64,000 nt of DNA, from NCBI GenBank assembly GCA_030390025.1, contig CM059430.1, positions 42,222,001 to 42,286,000 on the forward strand, written 5' to 3'. Source of the stretch: Squalus acanthias (lineage: Eukaryota). A program made the translations under genes and the position numbers. Position 1 is the first letter of the stretch. Each line of letters begins with the position of its first letter. Positions 36,960-49,679 of this stretch are shown here, piece by piece. The notes beneath the pieces are model-generated. The model did not search any database and was not told the origin of the DNA. It saw only the letters and a list, made by a program, of their open reading frames with translations.

Positions 36960-37790
36960 GATGCAAGCAGTCCTTTGGGGGGGTTTACATTTAAACCTAA
37001 CAGAGTAACAATGGGCAGCACCATCTGCTGGTCCAAGTGAGCAGTTATTGAACGACATTTCTATTCATGCTGATGCATTTTCATGCTTTGGTGCATAATT
37101 TTACTTAGCTTTATTGGAGACGAGATTTACAAGCCTCTATTAATTAGATATTCAGAAGTTCTCATATGCAAACAGGATCGTGTGCAGTAGTACCATGTCT
37201 GGATGTGCAGTGATAATGTGTTTGGCAGTATTGATTCACAGGGAGGACAAACGTTGATAAAATCATAATGTGTTTTTGTGAAGAGAAGCGTGTACCTTCA
37301 GTGCAGCACATTAAATAGGCCATTTAGCAGTTATCATTCAATGCTTTCCTCACGAGCAAAGCTGGAGGTGAAAAAGCGGAGGGCTAGCCTTTGTTGAATG
37401 ACAAAATGGCTTCTGTGAGGAGGTCTAGAGGAAGGGTAAGTGAAAGACTGAATAAGTGGGAGGAGGGGTTTGGACTAAAGGCTAATGGGATTGCATAACC
37501 TTCTTTTCTACTGGTTGGTGACTGAGTCGCAATGCACCGCCATCTTAGCAGTTGCAGCTTTCTTTAGCCTTGTGTTATTTGTTAGCTTAGGCCTAAAGGT
37601 GGCATTTGTTCACAATGTTTCAAAGGAGCTGTTTGATTGCCTCTGCCTACCAGTGCTGCAGCGCTGCTGTTAGGCTGATGAAGCATGTGCAGAAATATTA
37701 TCCAGTGGAGTGCACTGGCATTGGCCTGAAAATCTGTTTGGAAATGCCTGGTGGCAATTTACTTTGCTGTAGTCAGCAGCTCATTTATGG
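36960..37790 (+). promoter_or_regulatory. Candidate intronic promoter / conserved non-coding region
   Basis: No recognisable repeat. CTCF-like CAGCACCATCTGCTGGTCC at 37016-37034; YY1-like AAAATGGC at 37403 and CGCCATCTT at 37538; two donor-like sites at 37436 and 37791. Confidence 0.4.
37406..37435 (+). CDS. Candidate alternative first coding exon of CHD9 (MASVRRSRGR)
   Basis: caAAATGG Kozak, 10 codons, then AGG|GTAAGT at 37436. Phase 0 matches the exon at 39794. No transcript evidence. Confidence 0.45.
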
Positions 37791-39320
37791 GTGAGAAACA
37801 CAGACATATTAAGATGTATCTTACTGCTGTATTTATACGGGAAGCTGTTCAGATTCCTGGAAAGGAGCAGTGGGTAATCGTGGTGTCCTTAACATATTTC
37901 AAAATCGGTACAGTAGTAATATAAACAGCTTGTTGTTTATACTTCTGTGAATAAGGCCATCGCTTTGTGCTTATTGACAGACAAATAGTGAATGAAAAAA
38001 TATTAGTGTTATACTGGGAGACTAAACACATGTCTTAATTTTAAAAAAAAAAGGTTCTGTTTAGCTTTTCTATGATTGCATGTACTGTACAGCATGTTAG
38101 AATGGTGACCGCTTTAAGGCTAATATCTTTGCCTGTAACTAAACTGATCTAAAAAAATATTGTTAATGCAGAACTAAAGGGCATTGGTCATTTATTCAAT
38201 TGTAGTTTTAGTTCCTTTGTTCTGCTAATTTAGGTGTATACAGGAAATCAATATTGTGTATCGTCCTGTTGCAGAAATTTACTGAGCAGTTTGCATCTAT
38301 TTTAGCTTTTTTCCATTTTATTTTTGTTTTTGCTGTAATTGTGCGTGCAGCAAGGGCAGGTTGTTTAGTTGTGCTATCTACCTGTAATGGTCTCCAGAGA
38401 AAATATGAGAGCTGAAAAAATAAACTGCTGTGTTTGATTTTTGCAGCAGCCTGATCCAGGTTTAGCCAATTTAAACTGCAGTGAGCTTTAACTACCATGC
38501 AGTCGATTTTAAAGTATATTAAGTGTTTAGATTCATGTTAGCTACATTGGGAAACATTTCCTCTTTAGCAAAATGCGTAAATACACGCATAAAGCACTCA
38601 TCATTGATTTCACTGCAAGTAGCAAATGGAGGAAATCTTCCCTCATTATGTCATAGTACGTAATGACCAACGTTTATTTTTTTTTAAATCTGTGTAAATT
38701 TGATTTATATTTTCACTAAATTGGCATTCTGTGTTCAGAATTTAACTCGGGTAGAAGGTGCCAAATTAGTAAAAGCCATGATAACTTGCTATGTTTACTT
38801 TAGGGTTCACTCATTATTTGGACAGTAATTTTGGATACAATGGTCAATTTTATGAATAGATTTTTGCATAGCCTGATAATTGACATAGACTCCAGGACAA
38901 TCGTGCATTTCAGAGGGTCCCAGTTTGAATTCCATCCTCCAATGTCCTTTGACCTGATCTACTCCTTAGTGATGGAGTTTGGCTGACTAAATAGTCCAGC
39001 TCAGGAGTGGGAAAACTGTTGGAAACTTCTTGCCCCAGCACACCACCTGTCAGCTGATCACGGAACAGCATTGACGGGAGTTATAGAAATGTCACTAGCT
39101 CATACCATCCCACCCTGTTTGGTTAAAGAAAGGCCACTGATGATGTGGAAAGAGGCAACTTTGAGGAATCTATAGTAATGGGGAGGGGGATTAAAGGTCC
39201 TAATAAAGACCTTCATTGTATGTATGAGCAGGCACTATGTAATTTTCAATGTAGTTTGCAGTCTGTAATATGTACCGTATTCTGTGGAAAAAATGCTAAT
39301 TACAATACGGCAATGTATAG

Positions 39321-39322
<2 letters not shown>

Positions 39323-39370
<48 letters not shown>
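39323..39370. repeat. (TG)24 microsatellite
   Basis: Seen directly, ~420 bp upstream of the first clear exon. Confidence 0.97.
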
Positions 39371-39372
<2 letters not shown>

Positions 39373-39793
39373 CTTTAACAGACCCATATCTAATGTGTAT
39401 GGATGTGCTTGAGTAGCAATAGTCATAATCTGTGTTTGTATTTACGTGCGTATGTATTTTTGAAAACTCTTTTGAAGTGTGTATAAAACTGATCATTAGC
39501 AAATAAAATGTTTTCATATTCCTTTGTTTATACGGGATAAATATACACTTGACTTCGATCATTCTGCTAGATCTTGCATGTGGGGAAAGGGGTTAAAACT
39601 GTTTGACCAAAAAGCAAAGCAGTTGTATCGTGGAGAAAATAATGGTAGACAGTGTTCTTATTGCATTCTGTCTTTTTTTCTCTTCTCTTGCTTTTTCCAA
39701 TCTCAATAATTTGAATTGCATCTATGTATGTATCAGTAATAGTTTTTCTTGAAGTAGGTGTAACTAACTTGTATACACTTTTTTTTTCTTCAG

Positions 39794-40137
39794 CCTCCTT
39801 CCTCTCAGACCACTATTGATGGTTCTAGTCCACAAGCAACGCAAATTGTCAAGTTACAGAATGCACAGCTGATGACTGGAAACAAACAGCTAAAAAAGAA
39901 GGAAATGCAGAACAAGCAAGAGAAAGCTAATCGCATCATATCTGAAGCAATAGCTAAGGCAAAGGCACGTGGGGAGCAGAATATTCCCCGAGTGGTAAAC
40001 CCAGCCTGTTTGTCCCCCGGGTCTGCTCGAAAGGAAGAAAGGAAATCCAGCAAGAGCAAAACAAAACAAAAGGATAAAGAGTCAAAGAAGTCTCGAACTG
40101 GCTTATGTTCTAAATCAAATGATAGAGCAAAAATAAG
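39794..40137 (+). CDS. CHD9: CHD9 coding exon (PPSSQ...KQEKANRIISEAIAKAKARGEQNIPRV...DRAKI), phase 0 to 2
   Basis: Polypyrimidine tract and CAG acceptor at 39791-39793; AG|GTAAGT donor at 40138. QEKANRIISEAIAKAK matches CHD9 as recalled (CHD8 has RIVAEAIARAR). Confidence 0.9.
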
Positions 40138-40421
40138 GTAAGTTGGGACAGCATCTCAGAAATATACAAAACTAATTTGTTTTGCAGATTGATCAGATTA
40201 GGTGCACATATTTAAAAGTTAACCTTTTAAGTTAGACAATCTCTGTCTTTTTATGTGTGAAAATATTGTGAAATTTTAACTCTGCATATTATAAAATAGA
40301 ATTGGTGAAATAGCCAGAACCACAGAGCAATTATTCACTTAATTTTGTTCACTTAAAATACTGAAGGATTTTTAAGCCCAAGTGTTGAACCACTGCTTCC
40401 AAGTAGTTAATATGGAACTAT

Positions 40422-40920
40422 ATAGAATCATAGAATGATACAGCACAGAAGGAGGCCATTTGGCCCATCGTGTCTGTGCTGGTGCTTTGAAAGAGCTATC
40501 CAATTAGTCCCATTCCTCTGACCTATCCCCACAGCCCTGCAAATTTTTCCCCTTCAAGTATTTATCTAATCCCTTTTTGAAAGTTGTTATTGAATCTGCT
40601 TCCACCACCCTTTCAGGCAGTGTATTCCAGATCATCATAACTCGCTGCGTAAAATAAATTTCTCATCTCACCTCTGGTTCTTTTGCTAATTACTTTAAAT
40701 CTGTGTCCTCTGGTTACCGACCCTTTTGCCACTGGAAACAGTTTCTCCTTATTTACCCTTCATGATTTTGAACACTTCTGTTAAATCTCCCCTTAACCTT
40801 CTCTGCTTTAAGGAGAACAACCCCAGCTTCTCTAGTCACGCCACGTGACTGAAGTCCCGCATCCCCGATACCGTTCGAGTAAATCTCCTCTGCACCATCT
40901 TTCCTAAAGTGTGGTGTCCT
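40422..40920 (-). mobile_element. CR1 LINE 3' fragment
   Basis: Tail ATAGAATCATAGAATGATACAGCACAGAAGGAGGCCATT plus decayed ORF2 C-terminus. Confidence 0.85.
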
Positions 40921-41350
40921 AAAAAGAATGACCTAAATTAAACCAATGAGAAAGACCATAATGCTGATGAATATATGAGTCAACCAAAAAGTTAGAAACA
41001 AATTTATATTGGATCAACTGGATAATGCTGCTAAGATGGGTCAAGAACGGCATCATGTTAGTAATTTGTTTCAATGTGGTGGCGTAATCGTGGTTCTGGA
41101 TTTAGTGTTGAAAGATTTCCTGTAGAACAGTATTATCTTGTTGAAACAAATTTGTGAAAAGTATAATTTGCCCAGTCTTCCAGATTGAATATTCCATGGT
41201 GCACCTCTGTTGCCTTCTAGTTCCTCCTAATGCTGGGAGCAAAAACCAGTTAATTGTCTAAATGTGCAGGTCCTTGATGTTAAGTGAAGGAACTACTTAA
41301 AAAAAAAGTGATGGAGGTGGGGGAAAGGACGGTGCAGGGCTTAACATTTT

Positions 41351-41555
41351 GGGATAGATTTTTGTCATTACCATCTGGGAAGGAGCAGAGTGTAAAATTA
41401 GGCGGGAGGTTCATCTGCCAGTAATGGAGCTTGCCTGATTTTCCGTTTAAATTAACGGAAGGAAAATGGGACGGCCTCCATTGAGGATGTGGGAACCCTC
41501 CTATCCAGTGTTGCTTTTTACGCTCCCATCAGGCGCTAAACATGAAATCTACTGC
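41351..41555. mobile_element. Decayed palindromic MITE-like repeat
   Basis: Imperfect dyad symmetry centred on TTTTCCGTTTAAATTAACGGAAGGAAAA; ends TAGATTT / AAATCTA. Confidence 0.4.
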
Positions 41556-43557
41556 ATTGTCCTTTAACCCTGGGCCCTGCCTGACAATTTCAGCTTGGTA
41601 ATTTAAGGAGTGCTCTGGCTGCTTTAAGGATTGTGAGAAATGAGTTTGGCCTGTCTCACCCTGTTTATGTGGATGTGGTGGATCTACAGCATAGAACCAG
41701 CCACAAGAGCAGCTAGTGTGGGAAACCTCACATTGATGTGGTAGGGAGGTCTTATGATGTGGTTAAGGTGCATTGTTTTGGCAGAGTAAGGTGAGCTTTG
41801 CTTTGCCACTGGCGATACTGTACTTGGAACGTTTGATCTTGGGTGTCAAAGTGGAAAAGCATTTTGTTCTTTTCACTATTGACACCCCTAACTTTGAGTA
41901 CCAAAAGTTACCTGAAATGTAATATAAAATTGATATATTGTGCTAAAGACTTCCCCTGCTGATAACCAGCTTCAGAATAATAGATAACCTCCCCTGATTC
42001 AGCTCATCAGGCTTAGTTTTAACAGTTTTCAGCTGCTAAATATTTGAGAACAATCCTCAAGTAGCGCAATGCACTTTTTACTAATGCTTTAGAATTGATT
42101 GCTTTTAGAAACTAGATGAATGCTGGTAATTGTACAGCTGATTCACCTAGGAAATTTGTGCTTCGATAAAGGATTATATAAATGACTGGCAAAATGGAAA
42201 ATACTACAGCCATTACATTGTGCAACAACTTGAACGGAAAAAAGCACTGCTTTTGTATAGGATGTCTAAAATATGCTGCCGTCTGGAGATGAAATTCGTT
42301 CAATTTGTGCACTGAGAATCAGGAAAAACAGTCAGGAAATATTTTAAGCTTGAATCAGAACTTTGTGTTTCTTTTACTTTTGGTGAATCATTGTTTTTCT
42401 TAAGCCAAGGGATGTCAGTGCTGGAAACTGGAAGATTTTCCACTCTGTTTCATGTCGGTGTCGACCATTTCCAAATCAGGTTTTGACCAGGTTCGACGCA
42501 GAATGAAGGTCCTTTTGCTCTAAAACTGTACCCAAATGCTAGTCTCTGAAGAATACTGTACTATATCACTTAGATGCCTCTAGGTTTATTTTCTGGATTA
42601 CAAACAGATTGCAATTGGAAAATGTAAAACTGGCAAACAACAATGGTCCAGATATAAACAATTAAAAAAGGACCAGAGAAAATTTGTGTACTGGTTTTCA
42701 CAGAGGCTACTGATGTATATTCCTGACCTAGCATTTACAGGAGGATATACTGACAACCCGATTGGGCATATTTGTGCAGTAATTTCACAAGCTTGAGGCC
42801 TGTGGCAGACATGGATTGGGAGCAGCACTGCTGGACAGAAATGCACAGCCCCTCTGCTGCTTTTGGGTTGGGTCACTTTTTCTTTATTGCTGGATGGTTT
42901 GTGTTCTTGTTGGCATTAACCCACCCCTCCCTCTGCAGGAGTACGTTCTGAGGTTTGTGAGAAGGGGGCCTGTTGTATAGATATCCAGGGAGGGAGGTCA
43001 AGAATGCTCGATATTTTCCCAGTTTTAGGAAGAGACTGTACCTTGTCCACGTGCTTGTAGGTGTGGCCATTGTGAGGCGGGTTGCTTCTTTTTGCAGCTA
43101 GCAGTAATCGCTGTGCTGGCTTGTGGATGTCTGGCGACAGCCCTAACAGACAGGAAAGTGGACCTGACATTTTTAAAACTCCCAATTATGGCAAAAGTTG
43201 TTTTTTTTAGACCCACACCTAACAAGAACTGTACTGAGGCTGGCCAAACTCTCTTGTAGTTAAATGTGATGCTTGTATCAGGAATGTTGTACAGGTGAAG
43301 TGAATGTAAAATGGTTTGGTAGATGCTTTGATCAGCTATTGCTTTATCTAGAGTAAATGTGGTAGCTGTTTCAGAACTAGAATTTTACATCAGGAAAAAT
43401 ATATAACTGTTCCTTTTAATTCTATACTTCAACACAATATATGAAAAGGGAGCCAGACTGCAGTAGAAACACTTGCTGTGAAAGTTCTGTACTTGATTAG
43501 CATTAGAATTGTGTAGAAATATGAACAATCTATTAGCTTCTGAAGACTTGAAAGTTT

Positions 43558-43681
43558 ACAAAAGCAAAATACTGCGGATGCTGGAAATCTGAAATAAAAA
43601 CAGAAAATGCTGGAAATACTCAGTAGGTCAGACAGCATCTGTGGAGAGAGAAACAGAGATAACGTTTCAGGTCGAAGGGTC
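43558..43681 (-). mobile_element. Penelope-like family 2 terminal fragment with a truncated hammerhead
   Basis: Homologous to 14443-14525 and 32505-32608. Retains stem II/GAAACGTT but lacks the CTGACGA half of the core. Confidence 0.7.
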
Positions 43682-44541
43682 AATAGTATTCATCTGAGAA
43701 CATGGGAAATATTCCTCATTATCCAATTGTTCCTGTTCAACACTAAATGCATGGGAAATGGCAGTGTCTGAGAAAACAACCCTTTAACAATGTCAAATTA
43801 CTGGCACACTCTGTCTATATTCTTGCAGATACAACATTTGAACCTTATTGTATGAACTCTGAAATTACAGACATGTTAAAGTGCATTTTTATTTTTCTGA
43901 CTCTGATTGAACTCAATTATAGTCCACTAGAAGATCTCAAACCCCAATATGATGAACCACCGCACTGTCTCCATAAATTTATAACCGTGATCGTTGTCAT
44001 TCTCAAACAACATCCTCACTTCAGTAAAATACTTGAATCATTATATAAATGTTGTTTAGCCGATGCCGGTATTAAATTTATTTGTGCGTTTCAGTGAGTG
44101 GTTTCATCTATGTTGAGGGACATGTAGTGAGCAAGCACAAATGGTAATGATAATGCATGCTGTTTAGCATTAGAAAAAACTCCATAGTTCTAAGGAACCT
44201 AGATGCTGAAGTAATGTAATTTTCCAGTTTGGAAATTTATTGTCCCGGAGTTAGAATGTGATCCCACTGAGCAAGGTAGCATTAATAGGTCAAATATGAA
44301 GATATTGTCAAAAAGATTAACAAACACAGCAAAATACATTTTGTGAATCTGTTTAATAAAGAGTGCATTTCAAGGATGTAGGAAAAAATAGGACATCCTT
44401 GAAAATAGTTCTGAATATGGACTAATATCCTGTCCAGCAATGACCACATCTCGCCTAGGAGTGCCCATTCTAAATCCAATGTAGGTTGTTATACTAGCCT
44501 CCAGAGTGTTAGCACATATTTGATTAGCCTAAAAATATATT

Positions 44542-45281
44542 GGCCTGGATTTTGCGGTCAGCGGCGAAGGAACAGCGCTCACCATTCACTACGCTGACAG
44601 CTGCCCACAGACTTTTCACAGGCGTTTGAGCGGCAACTTACTATCATCGGGCATCTGATCCAGCATGGCGCCCTCTACAGGGGATCTGTGGCGTGTGTGA
44701 ACTGGGCAAGCAACAGCGTGGCTCTTCAACCAATCAGATTAAAGAATCCTCACTGATACACACAGGCTAAACCAGGACGTATAAATTGGATTTAAATCAT
44801 GTGCAGAAAGTGAAATAAAGAGAGGGAAAGAAAGGTGGGAGTAAGAGAGAGAAATAAGAGACAGAAAGAAAAGGTTAAAAAAAAAATCTCCCAACAATAA
44901 CTAAATTCTGAAGGAATGAGACTCCATACTTGTAAAATTAAATTTTCAGGTCCAGAGAGGTTGTTTGGCAGTAATTATGAATTATCACGCCGTTAAAAAG
45001 TCACTTACACTTGAATGCACCAGCCCTAACTTTCTGGTGTGTTTAGTGGGTAACTACTGGTATCACAACTTCACGCCCTTAAATGTATGTGAGTGCCGAG
45101 TCTATCAGTGAAGTTCTGCTATACCGCAGCCTGTGGAGGAGCAGGGTAACTCTGACAGCAACTTCCTTATTTCCGCGTTTAACTGTGCATGTGCGCACTC
45201 CAGAAGTTGCTGTCCAATTTACTCCATAATAATGGTGAGTGTTGTTAGCCTCACCATTATTCTCAACGCAAAATCCGGGCC
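44542..45281. mobile_element. Non-autonomous Harbinger-like DNA transposon, family C
   Basis: TIR GGCCYGGATTTTGCG; 3-bp TSD ATT/ATT; colinear with 61113-61897. Confidence 0.75.
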
Positions 45282-46469
45282 ATTCTTAAATTTGGGAGCC
45301 CTTACCCCACAAAAATCAATTCCCTAAAAGTATTTGATAGAAAAGAAAGACTTGCATTTATATAGCACCTTTCATGACCACCGGATGTCCCAAAGTGCTT
45401 TACAGCCAATGAAGTACTTTTGAAGTGGAGTCACTGTTGTAATGCATCATATTTAATCTCTGCTTTTATCACTCTGCCAGTTGATGGCCCAGAAGTTAAA
45501 ATGGACCCCATTGTTTACCTCTGGCTGTTTACTTGTCATGGAAAACTGAACTGTGTGTCCAAATTCCCATTGAATTTGTAAAGTGACATAGGGGCAGCCT
45601 GCTTTCCACTTAACTAAACTTAAAAATCAGGTTTATAAAGTTCCTCAATAGTCTGTGAAGTTTTAAAACCTTTGCTTTGTACTGGTTACTGTTACCCTGG
45701 AGCCAGAGATAAACAGAAGCAGTGTGAGGCTGCCTCCTTCAGGTGGTCTCGTGCCACCCGCCTGTATTAGGGTGGCTGCAGATCAGAGTCGCACTGCAGA
45801 GTTTGCATTGATGCATGCTAATCTACCCAGTCTATTTGTCAGTGTTGCACTGTTAACCATGTATGTTTTCAAATAAAAAGCTTGGGTTTTGCAAAACATT
45901 TGAATTGATGAACAAGTTCAGTTGTGCTATACTAGGTGAATAGTATTTATTATACTGTTTTTGTTTACATTTAACTGCATCATTGTGATGGGCACATCAC
46001 AAATAATACATATTCACTACATTATACAATTCAATATTGATATCTCCCATTTTTTTCAGTTTGGTCACCAATGATTTTGGTGTAGCTTGTGTAACAATCG
46101 AAGTTCCTGGTATCTGGGTTTATCTACTAAAATTTTAATGGACATAAAATTTTGACCTTTTTTTCCAATAACACCGATTGAATCCAGGAAACAAAAAATT
46201 GGAAACGCTAACAATAGCCTGTGGCCGGCACTTCTTCAAAATGCCATGAAGTGTTGTGGCGCATCTTCCTGGAACTTGTTCTGTGGCACAAAGGTCTTTC
46301 TGCATTTGGATCTTTGCTGTGGCTAAACCAAATCAGGGCATGTGTAGTTTTTGGTGGCAAAAAATGTAATTGACAGGTGGCGAGCAAGTGTCACAAACAT
46401 CAATACAGAAAAAGTTAGCTGTTCAGGCCAAGCCCAGGGGTACTGCGTTTACCTCTAATACGTAAAGGA

Positions 46470-46790
46470 AGCAGCTTAAGGTCCTAGATTCAATCTCTGG
46501 TCTAAACTTGAGTTAGTTGATCTCAGCCAGACAAGCAGTAGGCATTTCAGGCACTGCTAGGTTAAGATAAATAAAATTGGCCAACACTGATCGCTATCCA
46601 CCAGCCCCTCCTGGATGTGTGGTGTGTGTGTGTGGACCGAATATCAGGCTCAGCTGTGATTAGCTTTAATTAGCCTACCAACACTCAATGGCCAGGTTCA
46701 CACATAACTAATGACTACTTGGGAGACTGAAATTCCATCTGTATCCCATCAATGAGTTAAACTTCTAGGGTGAGGAGGGGAGGAAAATGA
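46470..46790 (+). mobile_element. LF-SINE-like element
   Basis: GAGTTAGTTGATCTCAGCC...CTGATCGCTATCCA...TCAGGCTCAGCTGTGAT; homologous to the 3551-4600 element and ~26400-26580. Confidence 0.6.
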
Positions 46791-47507
46791 CTGGGGGGAA
46801 AAAACAACAAATGAAAGACATCAGGGTAGAGATTTGTTTTGAGCAGTAGTCAATGGAAAAGAAAATCAAGCAGAGTATAAAACTCATTATTGCCCGTATT
46901 GCACTACGGTCCAAGACTACTTTCTATCCCATCATCTTGCCTTAACCACAACATTTGATCATACTTAAGTATGACGGCAGCCAAGAATGCCATTTTTGTG
47001 AATATTCCTGTAAGTAGGATCTGATACCAGTGAACAGTTACACTGGGTCCAAGTGAAATGACTTTGAGCTATCAACACTGTTCCTGGTGGAAATAAATCC
47101 ACAGTGCAGGACTGCTTTAGTGTTAATTGGTAGTCTCAGACCACAAGAGATGACTGCTGTGATAATGGACCAACATAGTGGTGCACTGGGGAGAAATGCT
47201 TTGTGATGTTTTGACGTTAAAAAGTCTGCATCTGACTTGGAGATATCAGTACTAGGGAGTGAGGTACTCTTGCATCTTTTTTACACTGTGCACAGATGGA
47301 AAAGTGTCCCACTCCTCAGCAGTGATAATCTCTTCTCTTGTGAGCACAAGAATGAACCAGCTATTCCCCACTCCTTTCCTCCCCCAAAAAAGAAAGTATT
47401 ATACACAATTTAATATTTTCAACTTTTGCATTAGTAAATTAATCCAGTATGAGCATGATCGTTGCGTGTGGTGGTAGATCCTAATTTATTGACAATTGAT
47501 TCAACAG

Positions 47508-47628
47508 CAAAATCATAATCACGCTGGGCAAGAAAAAGAAAAGGAAGAATGACTCATCGGAAGAGGGGTCGGATACCGAACAGATTCCCACACCATCAAT
47601 AAAGAAAGAACCCATCTCTGGATGTCAA
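47508..47628 (+). CDS. CHD9: CHD9 coding exon ((S)KIIITLGKKKKRKNDSSEEGSDTEQ...GCQ)
   Basis: CAG acceptor and GTAAGA donor; 121 nt closes the phase-2 codon from the previous exon. Resembles CHD9 GKLIITLGKKQKRKNESSDE. Confidence 0.9.
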
Positions 47629-47901
47629 GTAAGATTTTAGCATCTAATGGTTCAGGGGAGCAAAACTCCCCGTTAAAATACCTAATGGGCATGGATAAAT
47701 ACAAAACTGTAGTACACTTCTTAATATGCCGCCAAAAACCTCTAAAACAAATCATTTGTTCATAAATGTAACAGCATTAAAATGCTTAATAATTAGAATC
47801 ATGTAATGAATTCAAATTAATGTGTTAGCTATTAATTGTATGATGTGTGTGTATATAGAAAAACAGTAACATTAATTTTAAGGTTGTAATTAATTTTGCA
47901 G

Positions 47902-48051
47902 AAGAGAAGATCGAACAGACAAGTAAAAAGAAAGAAATATAACGAAGACACTGGGATGAAGATTTCAGATGATGACGATGGGTTGGCTGCTAAAGGGAAA
48001 GTCAGGGCTGGTGCTGTTTTACCTGCTGAGCAACCTGTGCAGTTATTTGTG
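47902..48051 (+). CDS. CHD9: CHD9 coding exon (KRRSNRQVKRKKYNED...EQPVQLFV)
   Basis: TTTTGCAG acceptor and GTGAGA donor; 150 nt, phase 0/0; KRRSNRQxKRKKY motif of CHD6-9. Confidence 0.92.
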
Positions 48052-48906
48052 GTGAGAGGCCATTTTGGTCAATTGTAGCATACTCTAATGACTGGGAGGA
48101 GTTTGTGGAAGTCACTAAAATAAGTTGATAACTTATGTTGAACCTTTTGTTAAAGTGTGCGTTAATTATTAAGGGTTGACAATTATCCTGTCTATTCAGA
48201 ACAAGTTGATTAGAATATCCAATGTTCTTTTGCAACATCTTGGAAAAAAGAATACTGTTTGCACACTGCAATGTAGTGGCTTCCACTGGTAGTTCTGTTA
48301 ATTTTTTCATTCTCTTACTGTTAGATTTTCAGAAAAGTCAAATATTTTGTAACGTCAAATTTGCCTTGATTCCCAACTGTCCTTTTGGTGTATTGGTCAG
48401 GTGCAAGTGTTCACATTTCCTTATAGACAATAATACGATCCAGTGTCTACAGTATTTCAGTAGCAGTCACACAAACTGTGACACTTATTTTGTAGCTATG
48501 TCTATGATAAAATAATTTAACATTTTTCTGACAAAACATATGTTGGAGTGAAATCTGCTATCCCTTTTTTGTTCGGTCTGAATAAAAATGGCTAAATGTA
48601 CTGTAAATATTAAGTGCAGTTATAACAATTTCAGAACATCAGTGTGATATGTTAATATGTGAATTAGCCAAGTCAAAGGACAATGAAATCTAAAAAGGGC
48701 ACTTTCTTATTGAACTCAGAATTGTATTGTATTTTGCTTGTTGTTTAAATTAGCCTTTTTTCTGTAAAATTTATAGTCATATATATTTAGGTTAATGGTA
48801 CATTATTTCTCAAGCCATTTAGTTGTAGGAGATGATAATATGAAGTAAAATGTCTTTGAATTCCTTGTTTGTAAGACATTGTTTAAGAATTGACATCTCT
48901 CCCTAG

Positions 48907-48972
48907 GAAAACCCTAGTGAAGAAGATGCTGCAATTGTAGACAAAATTATGGCTTCAAGACTGAAAAAAGAG
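48907..48972 (+). CDS. CHD9: CHD9 coding exon (ENPSEEDAAIVDKIMASRLKKE), start of chromodomain 1
   Basis: CCCTAG acceptor and GTGAGA donor; 66 nt; ENPSEEDAAIVDK motif. Confidence 0.92.
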
Positions 48973-49679
48973 GTGAGAAGCTTTACAACATGGAAATTAC
49001 TCATTTTCATCTACATAAGTTTATTTTGCAAAAAAGGTGTTTTTTTCTACATGGTAATCTATTGTGAGAGTTATAACTCACTTTGTTAACTTCTAACCAG
49101 TCGTGGGAGCTTTTATCTGCACAAGATGATGAAGATCATCCAAAGTTAGTACTTGTCATTGAAATGATCTCGAGCCTAATTTCTGAGTTTTCCTAACCCT
49201 ACTGGATCTGGAGATCCAGAGTTTGGGTAATCAGTAGTCCGAAGTGTTCTGATCACAAGCAAGTGAATTGCTGCTAGACCTAAAGTCCTCTGCCTCCTCC
49301 CTGCAACTGGATAAAATTACAGCCTTAAGAATAGTAAACTACACCCTCAGTACTTGTTCTGTTGGCATCTGTCTGAGCAAATTCATAGTCGGTGATCAAA
49401 CCAGAGTCATCAAAATAATTTTAAAGAAATTATTTATAATGTTTGAAGCTTTTAAGTGTGGTAGTAAAATATTTACAAGACTAGTTAATCTCCTGCAGTG
49501 TTGCTTGCAGAGAAAAATCTTGAACCCAATTTTGAAATGTTAAACAGAACATTAAAAGTAATCTATATTAACTCCTAATAATTTGTACTTTGTCTGCTCT
49601 CCATTATCAGTTTATTTAAAAAATGTCTTTCTTAAATATTTGGCTTGCTATCCTCGGTTCATTATTATAGGAGGGAAGC

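Noticed and set aside
37606-37794. 62-aa ORF as a coding first exon of CHD9
   Set aside because: At the 37791 donor it ends in phase 2, incompatible with the phase-0 exon at 39794, and it has no recognisable homology.
43655-43681. Sixth hammerhead ribozyme
   Set aside because: Only the stem II/GAAACGTT half is present; the CTGANGA core is missing.
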